Below are positions 21,467-32,022 of a stretch of 33,616 nt of DNA, one piece after another (the first letter of the stretch is position 1; each line of letters starts with the position of its first letter). The notes beneath the pieces were generated by a model that was not told the origin of the DNA, did no database searches, and worked only from the letters and a program-made list of their open reading frames with translations. Origin of the DNA: Octopus sinensis (taxonomy: Eukaryota); assembly GCF_006345805.1 (NCBI RefSeq), contig NW_021832021.1:1-33616 (forward strand), in the 5' to 3' direction. The translations under genes were made by a program, and so were the position numbers.

Positions 21467-22184
21467 ACTAATACACACATATATATATATTTTTTAATTT
21501 CCTTAACTAGATAAGAATAGTCTTGTTGCTCTGTTAAAGGAGTGGTTCTCCGATCGTTATTTTTTTACATTAATTTATTTTATGGCTTTCTTTTTCCATT
21601 TTTTTCCCCTATTTATCTCAATTCTTTAAATAATATTTATCCCAATCTCTTCCTCATATTTAGTGATTTCTTTAAAATTATCAATATCATCAAGGGTACA
21701 CTCTGTTTCCCTTGACAGGGCTATTTGCTTAATATATTTTTTCTTATTTAATTCACTTAGTGCTCAGAATTACGTCAAACTTTCTTGGATTTTAATTATC
21801 ATCCATTCATTTATCACGGTTTTTTACTTTCAACATGTTTATTTATCAATTTATATGCTTTTTTTTTTGTATTTGCTTATCTCTCACTACTTTCCATCCC
21901 TTGAAATCTTGCTTTTGAGTGATATTTATTTTTTAGTTCTATCTTGGTTTAAGTTACTTTTCCTTCTTTATTTTTCAAATTTAAATTTGAAATATATTTC
22001 CTCTCAAAAAGTACTATCTCTCATATGCTGTATAACGTTACTGAATTTTTTTCTTATAATCTTAATGGCATACCCTGGCTTCCTCTTTGCTATCTCTCCC
22101 ATTATCTACCTTCACTGACCAATAAGTTAAAATATATTACTTATATTAGACGTTGTTGGTATACCTTATAATTTATCCACTTTT

Positions 22185-22488
22185 CACAACAACGGGGGTT
22201 CAAGTTGACCCAATTAACGAAAATGCTTGTTCTTGCTCGTGAAATTAACGTACAAGAGGCTGGGTACTCCACAGACACGCGTACCCTCAACGTATTTCTC
22301 CGGGAGATTAAGCATGACACAGAATGTGACAAGGCTGGCCTTCTGAATTTCAGGTACAACTCAGTTTTGCCACCTGAGTGGAATGCCGTAACGTGAAATG
22401 AATTGTCTTGCTCAAGGACACAACGCCGGGAATCGAATTCACGCCCTTATCAAAAGCTGAATACCCTAACCGCTGTCACGCCCCTTCA
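22185..22488 (-). mobile_element. SINE family C (head C + tail X)
   Basis: GTCTTGCTCAAGGACACAACG, GGAATCGAA B-box complement, and the shared CGTGAAATTAACGT/CAGACACG.GTACCC body. Confidence 0.85.
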
Positions 22489-22489
22489 T

Positions 22490-23040
22490 ACCCTCTACAC
22501 AAACGCACAAACACAGACACATGCACACATTACACATATACATACATATGCACGCACATAAATGCATACATACATACACACACACATACATACATACGTA
22601 CAAACATACATGCACACATACATATACATACATACAGACACACACATGCATGCATACATACATACATACATACATACATACATACATACATACATACATA
22701 CATACATACACACACATACATATACACACATATACATACATATGTACATATATACATACATACACACACATACATACATACACACATATACATACATACA
22801 TATACATACATAGAGACATATACATACATGCATACATACATTCATACATACATACACACATACATACATACATACATACACACATACACATACATAGTAC
22901 ATACATACATACATTCATACATACATAGTACATACATACATACATTCATACATACATACATACATACATGTATACATACATGCATACATAAATACATACA
23001 TACATACATACATACATACATACATACATACATACATACT
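22490..23040. repeat. Degenerate (TACA)n microsatellite
   Basis: Direct reading. Confidence 0.95.
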
Positions 23041-23041
23041 A

Positions 23042-23530
23042 GCACTCCGTCTGTTACAACCACGAGTGTTCCTGCTGATTCGATCAGCGGAAGGACATGA
23101 TCATGAAATCAATGTGCAAGTGCCTAAACACTCCACAGACACGTGTACCCTTAACGTAGTTTTCAAGGGGTTTCAGTGTGACAGAATATGACAAAGCTGG
23201 CCCTTTGAATCATAAGTGCAACTCATTTTTTGCCAGCTGAGTAGACTGAAGCAACGTGAAATAAAGCATCCTGCTCGAGGACACAACGCGTCACCGGGAA
23301 TTGAACTCACAGGCGTACCCTTAGAGAGATTCAGCGTGACACAGAATGGCATAAGGCTGGCCCTTTGAATAATTTGTATTACAAGTACAATACATTTTTG
23401 TTAGTTGAAAAGACTGGAGCAATGTGAAATAAAGTGTCTTGCTCAAGGACGCAACGCGTAGCCAGGAATCGAACCCACGACCTTACAATCTTGAGCTGAA
23501 TATCTTATGTAGTAAACTACGTGCTTCTAC
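23042..23530 (-). mobile_element. Tandem pair of SINE family C copies (23042-23310 head-truncated, 23311-23530 tail-truncated)
   Basis: The segment GTACCCTTA..GATTCAGCGTGACACAGAAT..AGGCTGGCCCTTTGAAT..GCTC.AGGAC.CAACGCG occurs twice in series. Confidence 0.82.
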
Positions 23531-23585
23531 ACATGCATACATACATACATACATACATACATACATACATACATACATACATACA

Positions 23586-23616
<31 letters not shown>

Positions 23617-24211
23617 CCGCCATATATTATAAACTTCCTAAACAAGATAGTTTAAGCCTTACCAGAAAGAGAATCTCAATGAAAGATAAAATACAAGGTG
23701 CAGAGATACTGAAAAATTCACAGTCAACAACACAGACAAATGAAGACGCCCATCAAACATATACGTCCATCATCAGCTACCAAACAGATATCATTATCGT
23801 TTCGACACCTGTTTAGAAGCTTTTGATTTGGCAGTGTCGACAGCGTAAGAAAACATAAATGCTGCTTAAGAATTAATTTTTAGAAGAGGAGCAAATCATT
23901 ATTGCAATATGTTCCTTATGCCAACATCTGCTTATAGTTGCAATACACAACTAGAACACAAAACATCACGTATAAATTGTCACATACCTATAACTACCAA
24001 ACATAGAGAATATGAAATAAAATATAGAATGAAAAAAAAACAGAAATTTAATAAAAAACAGACATTGCTACCCAAGAATTATAGAACTTTAAAAGTTATA
24101 AAACATCAAAATAAACTAGCGAACTAAACGTAGTAAACAGACGTTATTAAATATCATCGAAAAATAAATACGATACAAACACTTAAAACGGAAAATGATA
24201 ATAATCGAAGG

Positions 24212-24273
24212 CATAATCACTCTATAACCGTAAATATATATACATAATCACTCTATAACCGTAAGTATATATA
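24212..24273. repeat. Tandem duplication of a 31-bp unit
   Basis: CATAATCACTCTATAACCGTAA.TATATATA at 24212 and 24243. Confidence 0.9.
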
Positions 24274-24453
24274 GATTAATTAAAGAACATCAATGAACAG
24301 ACGTTAGCACCGAGCGACCTTTGAAGCATAATTAAAACGAACTAAATGCAAATCAGCGAAATAACCTATCGCTTTCACTTCTAAGTATCAATCAGCTCAA
24401 AACAATACAAGGGAATAAACCATATATAGACTTATAGATATTAAATATACACT

Positions 24454-24771
24454 GGAGGCGCAATAGCCCAGTGGTTAGGGCAATGGACTCGCGGTAGGAG
24501 GATCGCGGTTTCGATTCCCAGACCAGGCGTTGTGTGTGTTTATTGAGCGAAAACACCTAAAAGCTCCACGAGGCTCCGGCAGGGGGTGGTGGCGACTCCT
24601 GTTGTACTCTTTCGCCCAACTTTCTCTCACTCTTCCTGTTTCTTGAGTAACGCTGCGATGGACTGGCGTCCCGTCCAGTTGGAGGGAACACATACACCAC
24701 AGAAACCAGGAAACCGAGCCTATGAGCCTGGCTAGGCTTAAAAAGGGCGCATAAATAAAAAAAAATAATAA
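24454..24771 (+). mobile_element. SINE with head D and a different 3' module (tail Y), poly-A end
   Basis: GGAGGCGCAATAGCCCAGTGGTTAGGG...GGTTTCGATTCCCAGACC head; 3' CTGCGATGGACTGGCGTCCCGTCCAG...CTAGGCTT; A-rich tail. Confidence 0.88.
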
Positions 24772-24772
24772 A

Positions 24773-24991
24773 GGCTGTGCGCTGGCAGAGTCGTTAGCAC
24801 GCTGGACGAAATGCTTAGCGGTATTTCGCCCGTCGCTACGTTCTGAGTTCAAATTCCGCCGAGGGCAACTTTGCCTTTCATCCTTTAGGGGTTGATAAAT
24901 TAAGTACCAGTGATATTCTGGGGTCGATGTAATCGACTAGTCCCCTCCCCACAAACTTCGGGTCTTGTGCCTTGTGTAATAGAAAGGATTA
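24773..24991 (+). mobile_element. SINE family B, directly after the preceding SINE's A-tail
   Basis: GCTGGCAGAGTCGTTAGCACGCTGGACGAAATGCTTAGCGGTATTTCG...CTTTGCCTTTCATCCTTT. Confidence 0.9.
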
Positions 24992-25008
24992 AATATACAC
25001 ATCTTAGT

Positions 25009-25280
25009 GAAGGCGTGTGGTCTAGTGGTTAGAGTATTGAGCCCAGGTTCACTAGATCATGGGTTCGATTCCTGGACCGGATTGGGCGGTGCATTACGTT
25101 CTTGAGCAAAACACTTCAATTTATGTCCAGTCACTGTGACAAAAGCCTTCCGATCAGTGGGAAGGTTGACTTGCTCGCCTAGCCAGCGGGCTGGCGTTCA
25201 TTCGAACGTTAAAACAATGCCAAGTGCATTGTGCCCAGCGATGTATAACAACATCCAACAGTCTGGTCGATACCGGGATA
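25009..25280 (+). mobile_element. SINE with C-like head and a third 3' module (tail Z)
   Basis: GAAGGCGTGTGGTCTAGTGGTTAG A-box, GGTTCGATTCC B-box, TTCTTGAGCAAAACACT; 3' part CCTAGCCAGCGGG...CAGCGATGT not shared with family C. Confidence 0.75.
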
Positions 25281-25471
25281 CTTTAATTATAGGAAATATA
25301 TTTAAACCAATATTTTCTTAAAAAGAAAATCATTATAACACATGAGAAAAACTTAAAATTGACTGCAACAAACGAATCATTACGAAAATATTCATTATGT
25401 AAATAGCATGGTCTTCACGAACTAGGTACCACAACTGCTGTTCACCGCCAAAATACCGATCGTAATGTATA

Positions 25472-25695
25472 AGCAGAAGTTTGCAGAACCGTTAGCACAC
25501 CGGGTAAAATGCTTAGCAGCATTTCGTCCGACTTTTGCATTCTGAGTTCCAATTCCACCGAGGTCGACTTTGCCTTTCATCCTTTCGGAGTCAATAAAAT
25601 AAGTTGTAGTTGAACACTGGGGTCGATGAAATCGATTTACCCAGTTCTCCAAACTTTATTGCCTTGTACCAAAAATTTGAAACCAATGTATTAGC
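25472..25695 (+). mobile_element. SINE family B
   Basis: GTTAGCAC.CCGGG.AAAATGCTTAGC..CATTTCG...GAGGTCGACTTTGCCTTTCATCCTTTCGG...AAATTTGAAACCAAT. Confidence 0.88.
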
Positions 25696-25769
25696 AAAAA
25701 TCCAAAGATTACTCTCTAGAGGAAGTAACGTTCTACCCCCAAATTATAAAACAATTACGTTACTATTAA

Positions 25770-26470
25770 CGCTAATTTAAACTAATTATTCCAAAGATTC
25801 TTACGAAGGCATAAACAAGAAATTACCTTAAATTGCCTCAAAATGTCATTATGGCTCCCCAAGCAACAGTTAAACATTTAACTAACAACTTAATGTATCT
25901 TTGCTTTCTCCATCTGCAGCATCAACATTTTAACTCTTTCCAAAAGTATACTAACCTCATTTATAATCATAACGTACTTAAAACCTTAACTGGAGAAAAC
26001 ATTGTACTCTATCTTAACTGCATACTATTTAATGTTCAGGGCAAAGATGCAATACGAAAATTAAAGTTTTCAACTCTATTATAAATGCTAGTCACAACCT
26101 TTTTTATCCACACAAACTACTTTAACATCCAAATAATTAACACATCTACCATGAGACCACTTTTATTAGCTACGAAATCTTCTGAATATATTTTCCCAGA
26201 CAAATTTTCTAAATAATTATAAGTAGGAATAAAAATATCACCGATGTATTTGCAGCAACCACTAAGCTACTTAAGTAAATCTATTTCTTTTCCGTTTGTA
26301 TAAATCCTTAAGAAAACTAATCTCACACGAAAATAAATATGTCACCTAATAAAGGGTTACAATTATAACCCATCGGAACACCCTTAATTTTTTTAAATAT
26401 CCTACCAGCTATAGCAATATATGTGTATTAATGATAAAGTTAAACATCATTAATCTAACTTTATTTAAAC
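25770..26470 (-). pseudogene. Penelope-like element reverse transcriptase, C-terminal half, decayed
   Basis: Minus frames YIAIAGRIFKKIKGVPMGYNCNPLLGDIF (GIPMGTNCAPLLADLF), KYIGDIF (RYIDD), VNYLDV, TSIYNRVENFNFRI (T.IYDKRDDFNF.I), YNVFSS. Confidence 0.8.
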
Positions 26471-26475
26471 AAGTG

Positions 26476-26670
26476 ATGGCACTTCATCGGTTGCGACGAG
26501 TGCCTCACTTGATCCGATCAATGGCACAACCTGCTCATGAAATTAACGTGCAAGTGGCATAGCACTCTACAGACACGCGTACCCTTAACGTAGTTCTCAG
26601 AGCGATTCAACGTGACACAGAATGCGACAAGGATGGCTCTTTGAATTACAGGTACAGCTCATTTTTGCCA
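26476..26670 (-). mobile_element. SINE family C/D 3' half
   Basis: TTGATCCGATCAA...TGAAATTAACGTGCAAGTGG...GTACCCTTAACGTAGTTCTC...TTTGAATTACAGGTACA. Confidence 0.85.
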
Positions 26671-26904
26671 AAATTATGACAACTGGACAAGGACCGAAAG
26701 CCTTCACCGTTTTTAATGGAGATATATTTATAACTTATAACTATGTCTTATATCAATAATTCTAAATCTGCTTTTTTTCTACCATTTTCAAATTTAGATT
26801 AATATACAGTGAAGAAAAGTCATACACATGCAGAGTTCAAATTACTTTAATCTTTTGGAGTATATTTAAAACTCCTTATTGTATATAATACTCCTTTCTG
26901 CTTT

Positions 26905-27035
26905 AAGCGCAAGTCCTGAAATTTGTGAGGAGGGGTCAAATCGATTACATCGACCCCAATACTAAAATGGTATTTTATTTATCGACCCCGAAAGGATGAA
27001 AGGCAAAGTCGACCTCGGCGGAATTTGAACTCAGA
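26905..27035 (-). mobile_element. SINE family B, 3' part
   Basis: TCGATTACATCGACCCC...ATCGACCCCGAAAGGATGAAAGGCAAAGTCGACCTCGGCGGAATTTGAACTCAGA. Confidence 0.88.
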
Positions 27036-27139
27036 TTTACAACACCTACAAATATTACAGTTAAAAAATAAATACTTGATGTTTTGGCGAATCTTATTAA
27101 ATTTGCAGAGCTTCTTGATAAACAACATTTTTGTTCTTT

Positions 27140-27690
27140 CTTTGTGCTGATTGCTGCCTCCTCCAGTGACTGGTCCCAGTGAGCATCGTCCTCCAGTAGT
27201 CCATATTTGGTGCAGGCTTCTCTATAGGTCGTGCAGACTTCCCATTGTGTCTTCGAAAGTCTGTGAATGATGCAGGACCTCTGACAGTGTGTAACAGTAG
27301 ATGCAGAAAGAAGCACTCCTGCTGATTTGGGTGGTGCACAGTGTACACCCGCCCGATGGTCCCATTTCTGAAGACAGCATCTTCTTCCCAGCCCTCAATG
27401 CGTGTTTCTTGCTTGCGTCTGTTCCATCTATTGTGTGCCCAGGTATAGTACATGGGGACCTCTACATACAACAGTGTTCGGGTAAACAGATCACATTGGC
27501 ATAATTTGAAGAAAGCAGTCAAAGTGGTTACTCATGGATTCAGAACTACGTTTCGAGCATTGTCTTCTGTGAAATATACACGCTGGCCATTGTCAAGATG
27601 TACAGATAGATTTGAAGAAGGTGATTTTAAGAAGGTCTCGTGGAGTCTAAACGACAGCCGATTATTGTTGCTGTAAGCGACTGTATTAAT
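27140..27690 (-). pseudogene. Helitron Rep/helicase transposase fragment
   Basis: Minus frames LSVHLDNGQRVYFTEDN, TTLTAFFKLCQCDLFTRTLLYVEVPMYYTW, IGRVYTV(H)HPNQQECFFLHLLLHTVRGPASF, TYREACTKYGLLEDDAHW: hallmark Helitron RepHel segment. Confidence 0.92.
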
Positions 27691-27759
27691 ATGTCGCTAA
27701 GAGGGAATTTGAAGTAGATATCAGCATAATTATTCCGTGACGATAAGTTTTATATCTAT

Positions 27760-28156
27760 TTACTCTTTACTCTTTTACTCTTTTACTTGTTTCAGTCATT
27801 TGACTGCGGCCATGCTGGAGCACCGCCTTTAGTCGAGCAAATCGACCCCAGTACTTATTCTATCGGTCTCTTTTGCCGAACCGCTAAGTGACGGGGACGT
27901 AAACACATCAGCATCGGTTGTCAAGCAATGCTAGGGTGACAAACACAGACACACAAACATATACACACGCACACATATATATATAAATATACATATATAC
28001 GACAGGCTTCTTTCAGTTTCCGTCTACCAAATCCACTCACAAGGCATTGGTCGGCCCGGGGCTATAGCAGAAGACACTTGCCCAAGATGCCACGCAGTGG
28101 GACTGAACCCGGAACCATGTGGTTGGTTAGCAAGCTACTTACCACACAGCCACTCC
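27760..28156 (-). mobile_element. SINE family A, full length
   Basis: Colinear with 13216-13628 and 19118-19540. Confidence 0.93.
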
Positions 28157-28519
28157 TTTAGGTATGTCTATGCAGCTAAGAAGTTCGCTTAGAACAAGGG
28201 CAGGTTGAAAGGCGTTTACCCCAATAACAGTTATACTCAAAACAATTATATATATAGTACGTTTATATATTTGTTGTGCAAGATTTTTTATGTGAAGTCG
28301 TGTGTTGAAACAAATATTGTTATATTTCGGAATGGTCAGTTTGCCAGTTTAGCCAATATGACGGTAGAGGATCCCAATAAACTGGTTACAATATAAACAA
28401 AACCGAAAACATAATAAATGAAATACACAGATAAATAAACAAATAGAAATAAATAACTATTTAAGTTTTTTTTGTTTAATTTAAAAGTTTTTTTAATTTA
28501 TTATTATTATTACTAGTAT

Positions 28520-28635
28520 TGTTGTTATATACATACATACATACATACATACATACATACATACATACATACATACATACATACATACATACATACATAC
28601 GTACGTACGTACGTACGAAAATACATACATACATA
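28520..28635. repeat. (TACA)n/(TACG)n microsatellite
   Basis: Direct reading. Confidence 0.95.
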
Positions 28636-29329
28636 CGTGTGTAGGCATAACAGAATAGAACACAATATGAATAGGGATTCGCAAGACATCAAGTCATAAT
28701 ACATTTATACAGAAGAGAGTAGAAAAATAAATAAATCTAGCAGGAAACCAAAAGAAAGAATTCATCAGGAGAAAGTTCACAGTGATTCGGGGACGACAAG
28801 TACAAATATATGAAAATCATATACTAATATTGTTCATGAGATACAAAAATAATTCAAGAGGCCCATCGTGTTGTTTCAACCGTTTTCGGTAAATAAAATT
28901 CATGGGCCGCTAGTGAAGGTCTCCCAAGGGATAGACATTACATTGTAGTTGATTCTTTATAGTTATTTCTGAGGTAGGCGCACATTGGAAAATGATCTGT
29001 CCATATGCATAAGGCAGATGTGTGCGGAAGTATTGTAGCGTGAGCTGTACCAGTGACCTAACTCATCGTCAAGAAATGAATATATTTCTGAGAGGATAAA
29101 TGCACAAAGCTGCGGAGTTGCCTGTAACTAATGCTTGTTTCTACTGATCCCGTATCACAGCGCTTAACCTCGGAGTTAGGCATCGGTCTGATCTGAAGAC
29201 TTATTGTAAATACGCGTTATACTTTATGCCCTTTGGCATTTTCTTATCTCTTTTTATACATACATACACACACATGCACACACACACATATCCATAAATT
29301 GATGTGTATATATATGCATACATTATATA

Positions 29330-29331
29330 TT

Positions 29332-29371
<40 letters not shown>

Positions 29372-29400
29372 GAGAGAGAGATAGATATAGATAGATAGAT

Positions 29401-29458
<58 letters not shown>

Positions 29459-29470
29459 TTATAGATATAG
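29330..29470. repeat. (TA)n-(GA)n-(GATA)n microsatellite
   Basis: Direct reading. Confidence 0.95.
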
Positions 29471-30143
29471 ATATGTACACTCACATAGAGACACGGGTAT
29501 ATACATGTATGTGTGTGGTGTGTGGTGTGTGTGTGTGTACATATACTTACATATATATATTTATAAATGTGTGTATATATATATATATGTGTGTGTGTGT
29601 GTTGTGTAGACATATATGTGTGTGTATATGTATCTATATATGCATAAATCTCCATATTAAACAAATTTATGTTCTCTATCTCTTTCCTCTTTCTTTCTCT
29701 CTGTATATATATATATATGTATATATATATATAGGTGCGCGCACGCGTGTGTGTGTGCTTGTGTAAGCGCGTCCGTGTGTGCGTACGCATGTGTATAACA
29801 ATTTCCATATTGCACAAATTTATGTTCTTTTGAGGGAATTTCGAGTGACATCACTGCTGCTTCAAATGTATTTACATGCAGACGTACGAACGACACGGCA
29901 AACACTAAGCAACATAAATAATTCGTTTAATCTCCGTATGGGAATGTGTGTGTGCGTATGTCTGCTCCTGTATGCTCTCTATGTACGTGTATGTGTGTAA
30001 TTGTGCGTTTGCATGTATGTATGAAGTTATAATTCTATATTTAAAAGAGTCCCATTGTGCGTGCCAAAGTCTCATGTAAATGTGTTAGACTAATTTTCAG
30101 CATTTGTATGTGTGTGCACCGCGTGTTGTTATATATATATATA

Positions 30144-30381
30144 CAGGGTGGCCCAAAAGTAGGTTTACAGTTATTCAACTATCTCTTTCGCATAAATATA
30201 TTAACAATTTTGATCTTAATTATCAAAAAATATAAAACAATTATTCTATACTAATTTAGTTAATTTAGTCAAGCTCCCTTTTCAGTTTGTAAGACAGAAA
30301 TTTAAATGTTATAGAATAATGTTTTAAAAGAAATCTAAAGTGCCTACACGATAACTGTAAACCTACTTTTGGGTCACCCTG
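30144..30381. mobile_element. Tc1/mariner-type MITE, 238 bp, 31-bp TIRs
   Basis: CAGGGTGGCCCAAAAGTAGGTTTACAGTTAT (30144-30174) versus its reverse complement at 30351-30381, 1 mismatch; TA on the left, TG on the right. Confidence 0.9.
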
Positions 30382-30496
30382 TGTTGTGTGTGTGTGTATA
30401 TATATATATATGCACTTGGAATGTGTTAGCTTAACGCTTACTAAAAAGAGATAATTTTTTTGACGTTTCGAGCATAGTGACACAAAAGTCAATACT

Positions 30497-30598
30497 TATC
30501 GGCCGCGATATACTGAGGAGTCCGCGATATAAATTTACTTATATTAGCCAGAAAAATCCACGATGTACTAAGGACTCGATATTGAGGGACTACTCTGT
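30497..30598 (-). mobile_element. Possible pogo/Tigger-like terminal fragment
   Basis: Minus strand AGTAGTCCCTCAATATCG end plus repeated CCGCGATAT subterminal motifs. Confidence 0.45.
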
Positions 30599-30660
30599 GT
30601 GTGTGTGTGTGTATGTATTTATATATATATATATATATATATAACCTAATATCGATTGAT

Positions 30661-30817
30661 TTTCGTTATTTTTCCCTTTTGCCTGCGTGGATTGTTTTCA
30701 AGTACTTTGGTTTTTATGGGAGCCCCTTTTAAAGTAAAAATAATAGCTAAGATATTTTGACTGCTATTTCTAAACTTCGGTATGTGGTGAAGCAAATCTT
30801 TGCTGAACCCTAATTAT
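30661..30817 (+). repeat. Diverged fourth copy of the 2625-2786 / 3221-3385 repeat unit
   Basis: TTCGTTATTTTT..CCTGCGTGG.TTG...ACTGCTATTTCTAAA.TTCGGTATGTGGTGAAGCA...TGCTGAACCCTAATTATAA. Confidence 0.8.
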
Positions 30818-30841
30818 AAAGTGTATATTATATATATTATA

Positions 30842-30874
<33 letters not shown>

Positions 30875-30934
30875 GATATATATATATATATATTATATAT
30901 ATATATATATGTATGTATATATAATGCATTGACA

Positions 30935-31260
30935 GCCTATGAAGCTAAGAGAGCTGTATCAATACACCGGTCCGTCCTGGGACGGAGAGACAAGGAGAGA
31001 CCAGTGGCTATCTGCTGGATCCTAATCCTACTCACTCCAGCTCTCAGGTCAGCATCCACTAAACCCCTGTCTCGTGCCCGAGAGAAGTTTTGTTTGTTCC
31101 GACTTACCAAATCCCTGTCAGAGACTTTAAGTATATATGTGTCGCCATGATTGATCGCTAAAAACACAAGTTTTTTGGGTTTTTTTTAATTCTGTCTTTG
31201 TTTATTTACTCGTGTTCCTTTCTGTTGAAGAGCGTAGGCTCGAAAGGTAAAATAGTTTTT
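30935..31260 (+). mobile_element. PLE fragment: decayed GIY-YIG C-terminal half followed by a hammerhead-like motif (31219-31252)
   Basis: Frames HRSVLGRRDKERPVA / PTHSSSQVSI / RAREKFCLFRL resemble the H...PVAxHFN..H....V.I...R..RE...I..L part of PLE GIY-YIG. Then TTT-CTGTTGA-A-GAGC-GTAG-GCTC-GAAA-GGTA-AAA. Confidence 0.45.
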
Positions 31261-31346
31261 CACTTTCCTGGGCGTTAAACTAATACACCTGCTTGTTGTT
31301 TATACACCTGTCTTCGTCTTTTGTCTTTCTGTCAATTTCAACTATA

Positions 31347-31386
<40 letters not shown>

Positions 31387-31399
31387 TTATATATATATG

Positions 31400-31437
31400 T
31401 AGATATAGATAGCTAGCTATCTAGCTAGCTAGCTAGC

Positions 31438-31505
<68 letters not shown>

Positions 31506-31518
31506 CGATAGATAGATA

Positions 31519-31552
<34 letters not shown>

Positions 31553-31555
31553 GAT
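31400..31555. repeat. (GCTA)n/(GATA)n microsatellite
   Basis: Direct reading. Confidence 0.95.
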
Positions 31556-31868
31556 ATGCCACTCCGTCGGTTACGATGACGAGGGTTCCAGATGATCCGA
31601 TCAGCAGAACAGCCTGCTTGTGTAATTAGTGGCTGAACACAGACATGTGTACCGTTAACGTAGTTTGCAGGGAGATTCAGCGTGACACACAATGTGGCAA
31701 GGCTGGCCCTATGAAACACAGAAACTACTTCTCATTTTTTCCAGCTGAGTAGACTGGAGCAACGTGAAATAAATTGTCTTGCTCAAGGACACAACGTGTC
31801 ACCAGAAATTGAACTCACGACCTTACATTCGTGAGCAAAATACCCTAACTACTAAGCTACCTGCCTTC
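31556..31868 (-). mobile_element. SINE family C, full length
   Basis: Minus head GAAGGCAGGTAGCTTAGTAGTTAGGG...GTGAGTTCAATT, TGTGTCCTTGAGCAAGAC, tail ...CGTAACCGACGGAGTGGC. Confidence 0.88.
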
Positions 31869-32022
31869 ACACACACACACACACACACCACACACACACA
31901 CAAACATATATATAAATATATGTATATATATTTCAATTTTACCAAAGCAGAGTATTGTTATATTCCGTGAAGGAGCATTGCTATGTAATGGTAAAGGGAA
32001 CACAATTATGACACTACCACAT

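Noticed and set aside
3404-23100. Long ORFs rich in YI/HT/CV/VC repeats (e.g. 15949-16473, 16629-17303, 22408-23100, 9347-9875)
   Set aside because: They are translations of (TA)n, (CA)n and (TACA)n microsatellites, open in several frames and on both strands; no domain signature.
23795-23850. Hammerhead-like CTGTCGA...GTGTC-GAAACGATA on the minus strand
   Set aside because: Core, stem III and cleavage site are all mismatched, and there is no second copy for support.
13560-25080. tRNA genes suggested by A/B boxes (e.g. 13560-13628, 24454-24530, 25009-25080)
   Set aside because: These are SINE heads: they continue into SINE bodies and no complete cloverleaf was evident by eye.
28640-29220. 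Possible L1/Tx1 C-terminal zinc knuckle and 3' UTR on the minus strand (KRCDTGSVET)
   Set aside because: Similarity is limited to a few residues and the required His/Cys are absent; not supportable without a profile search.
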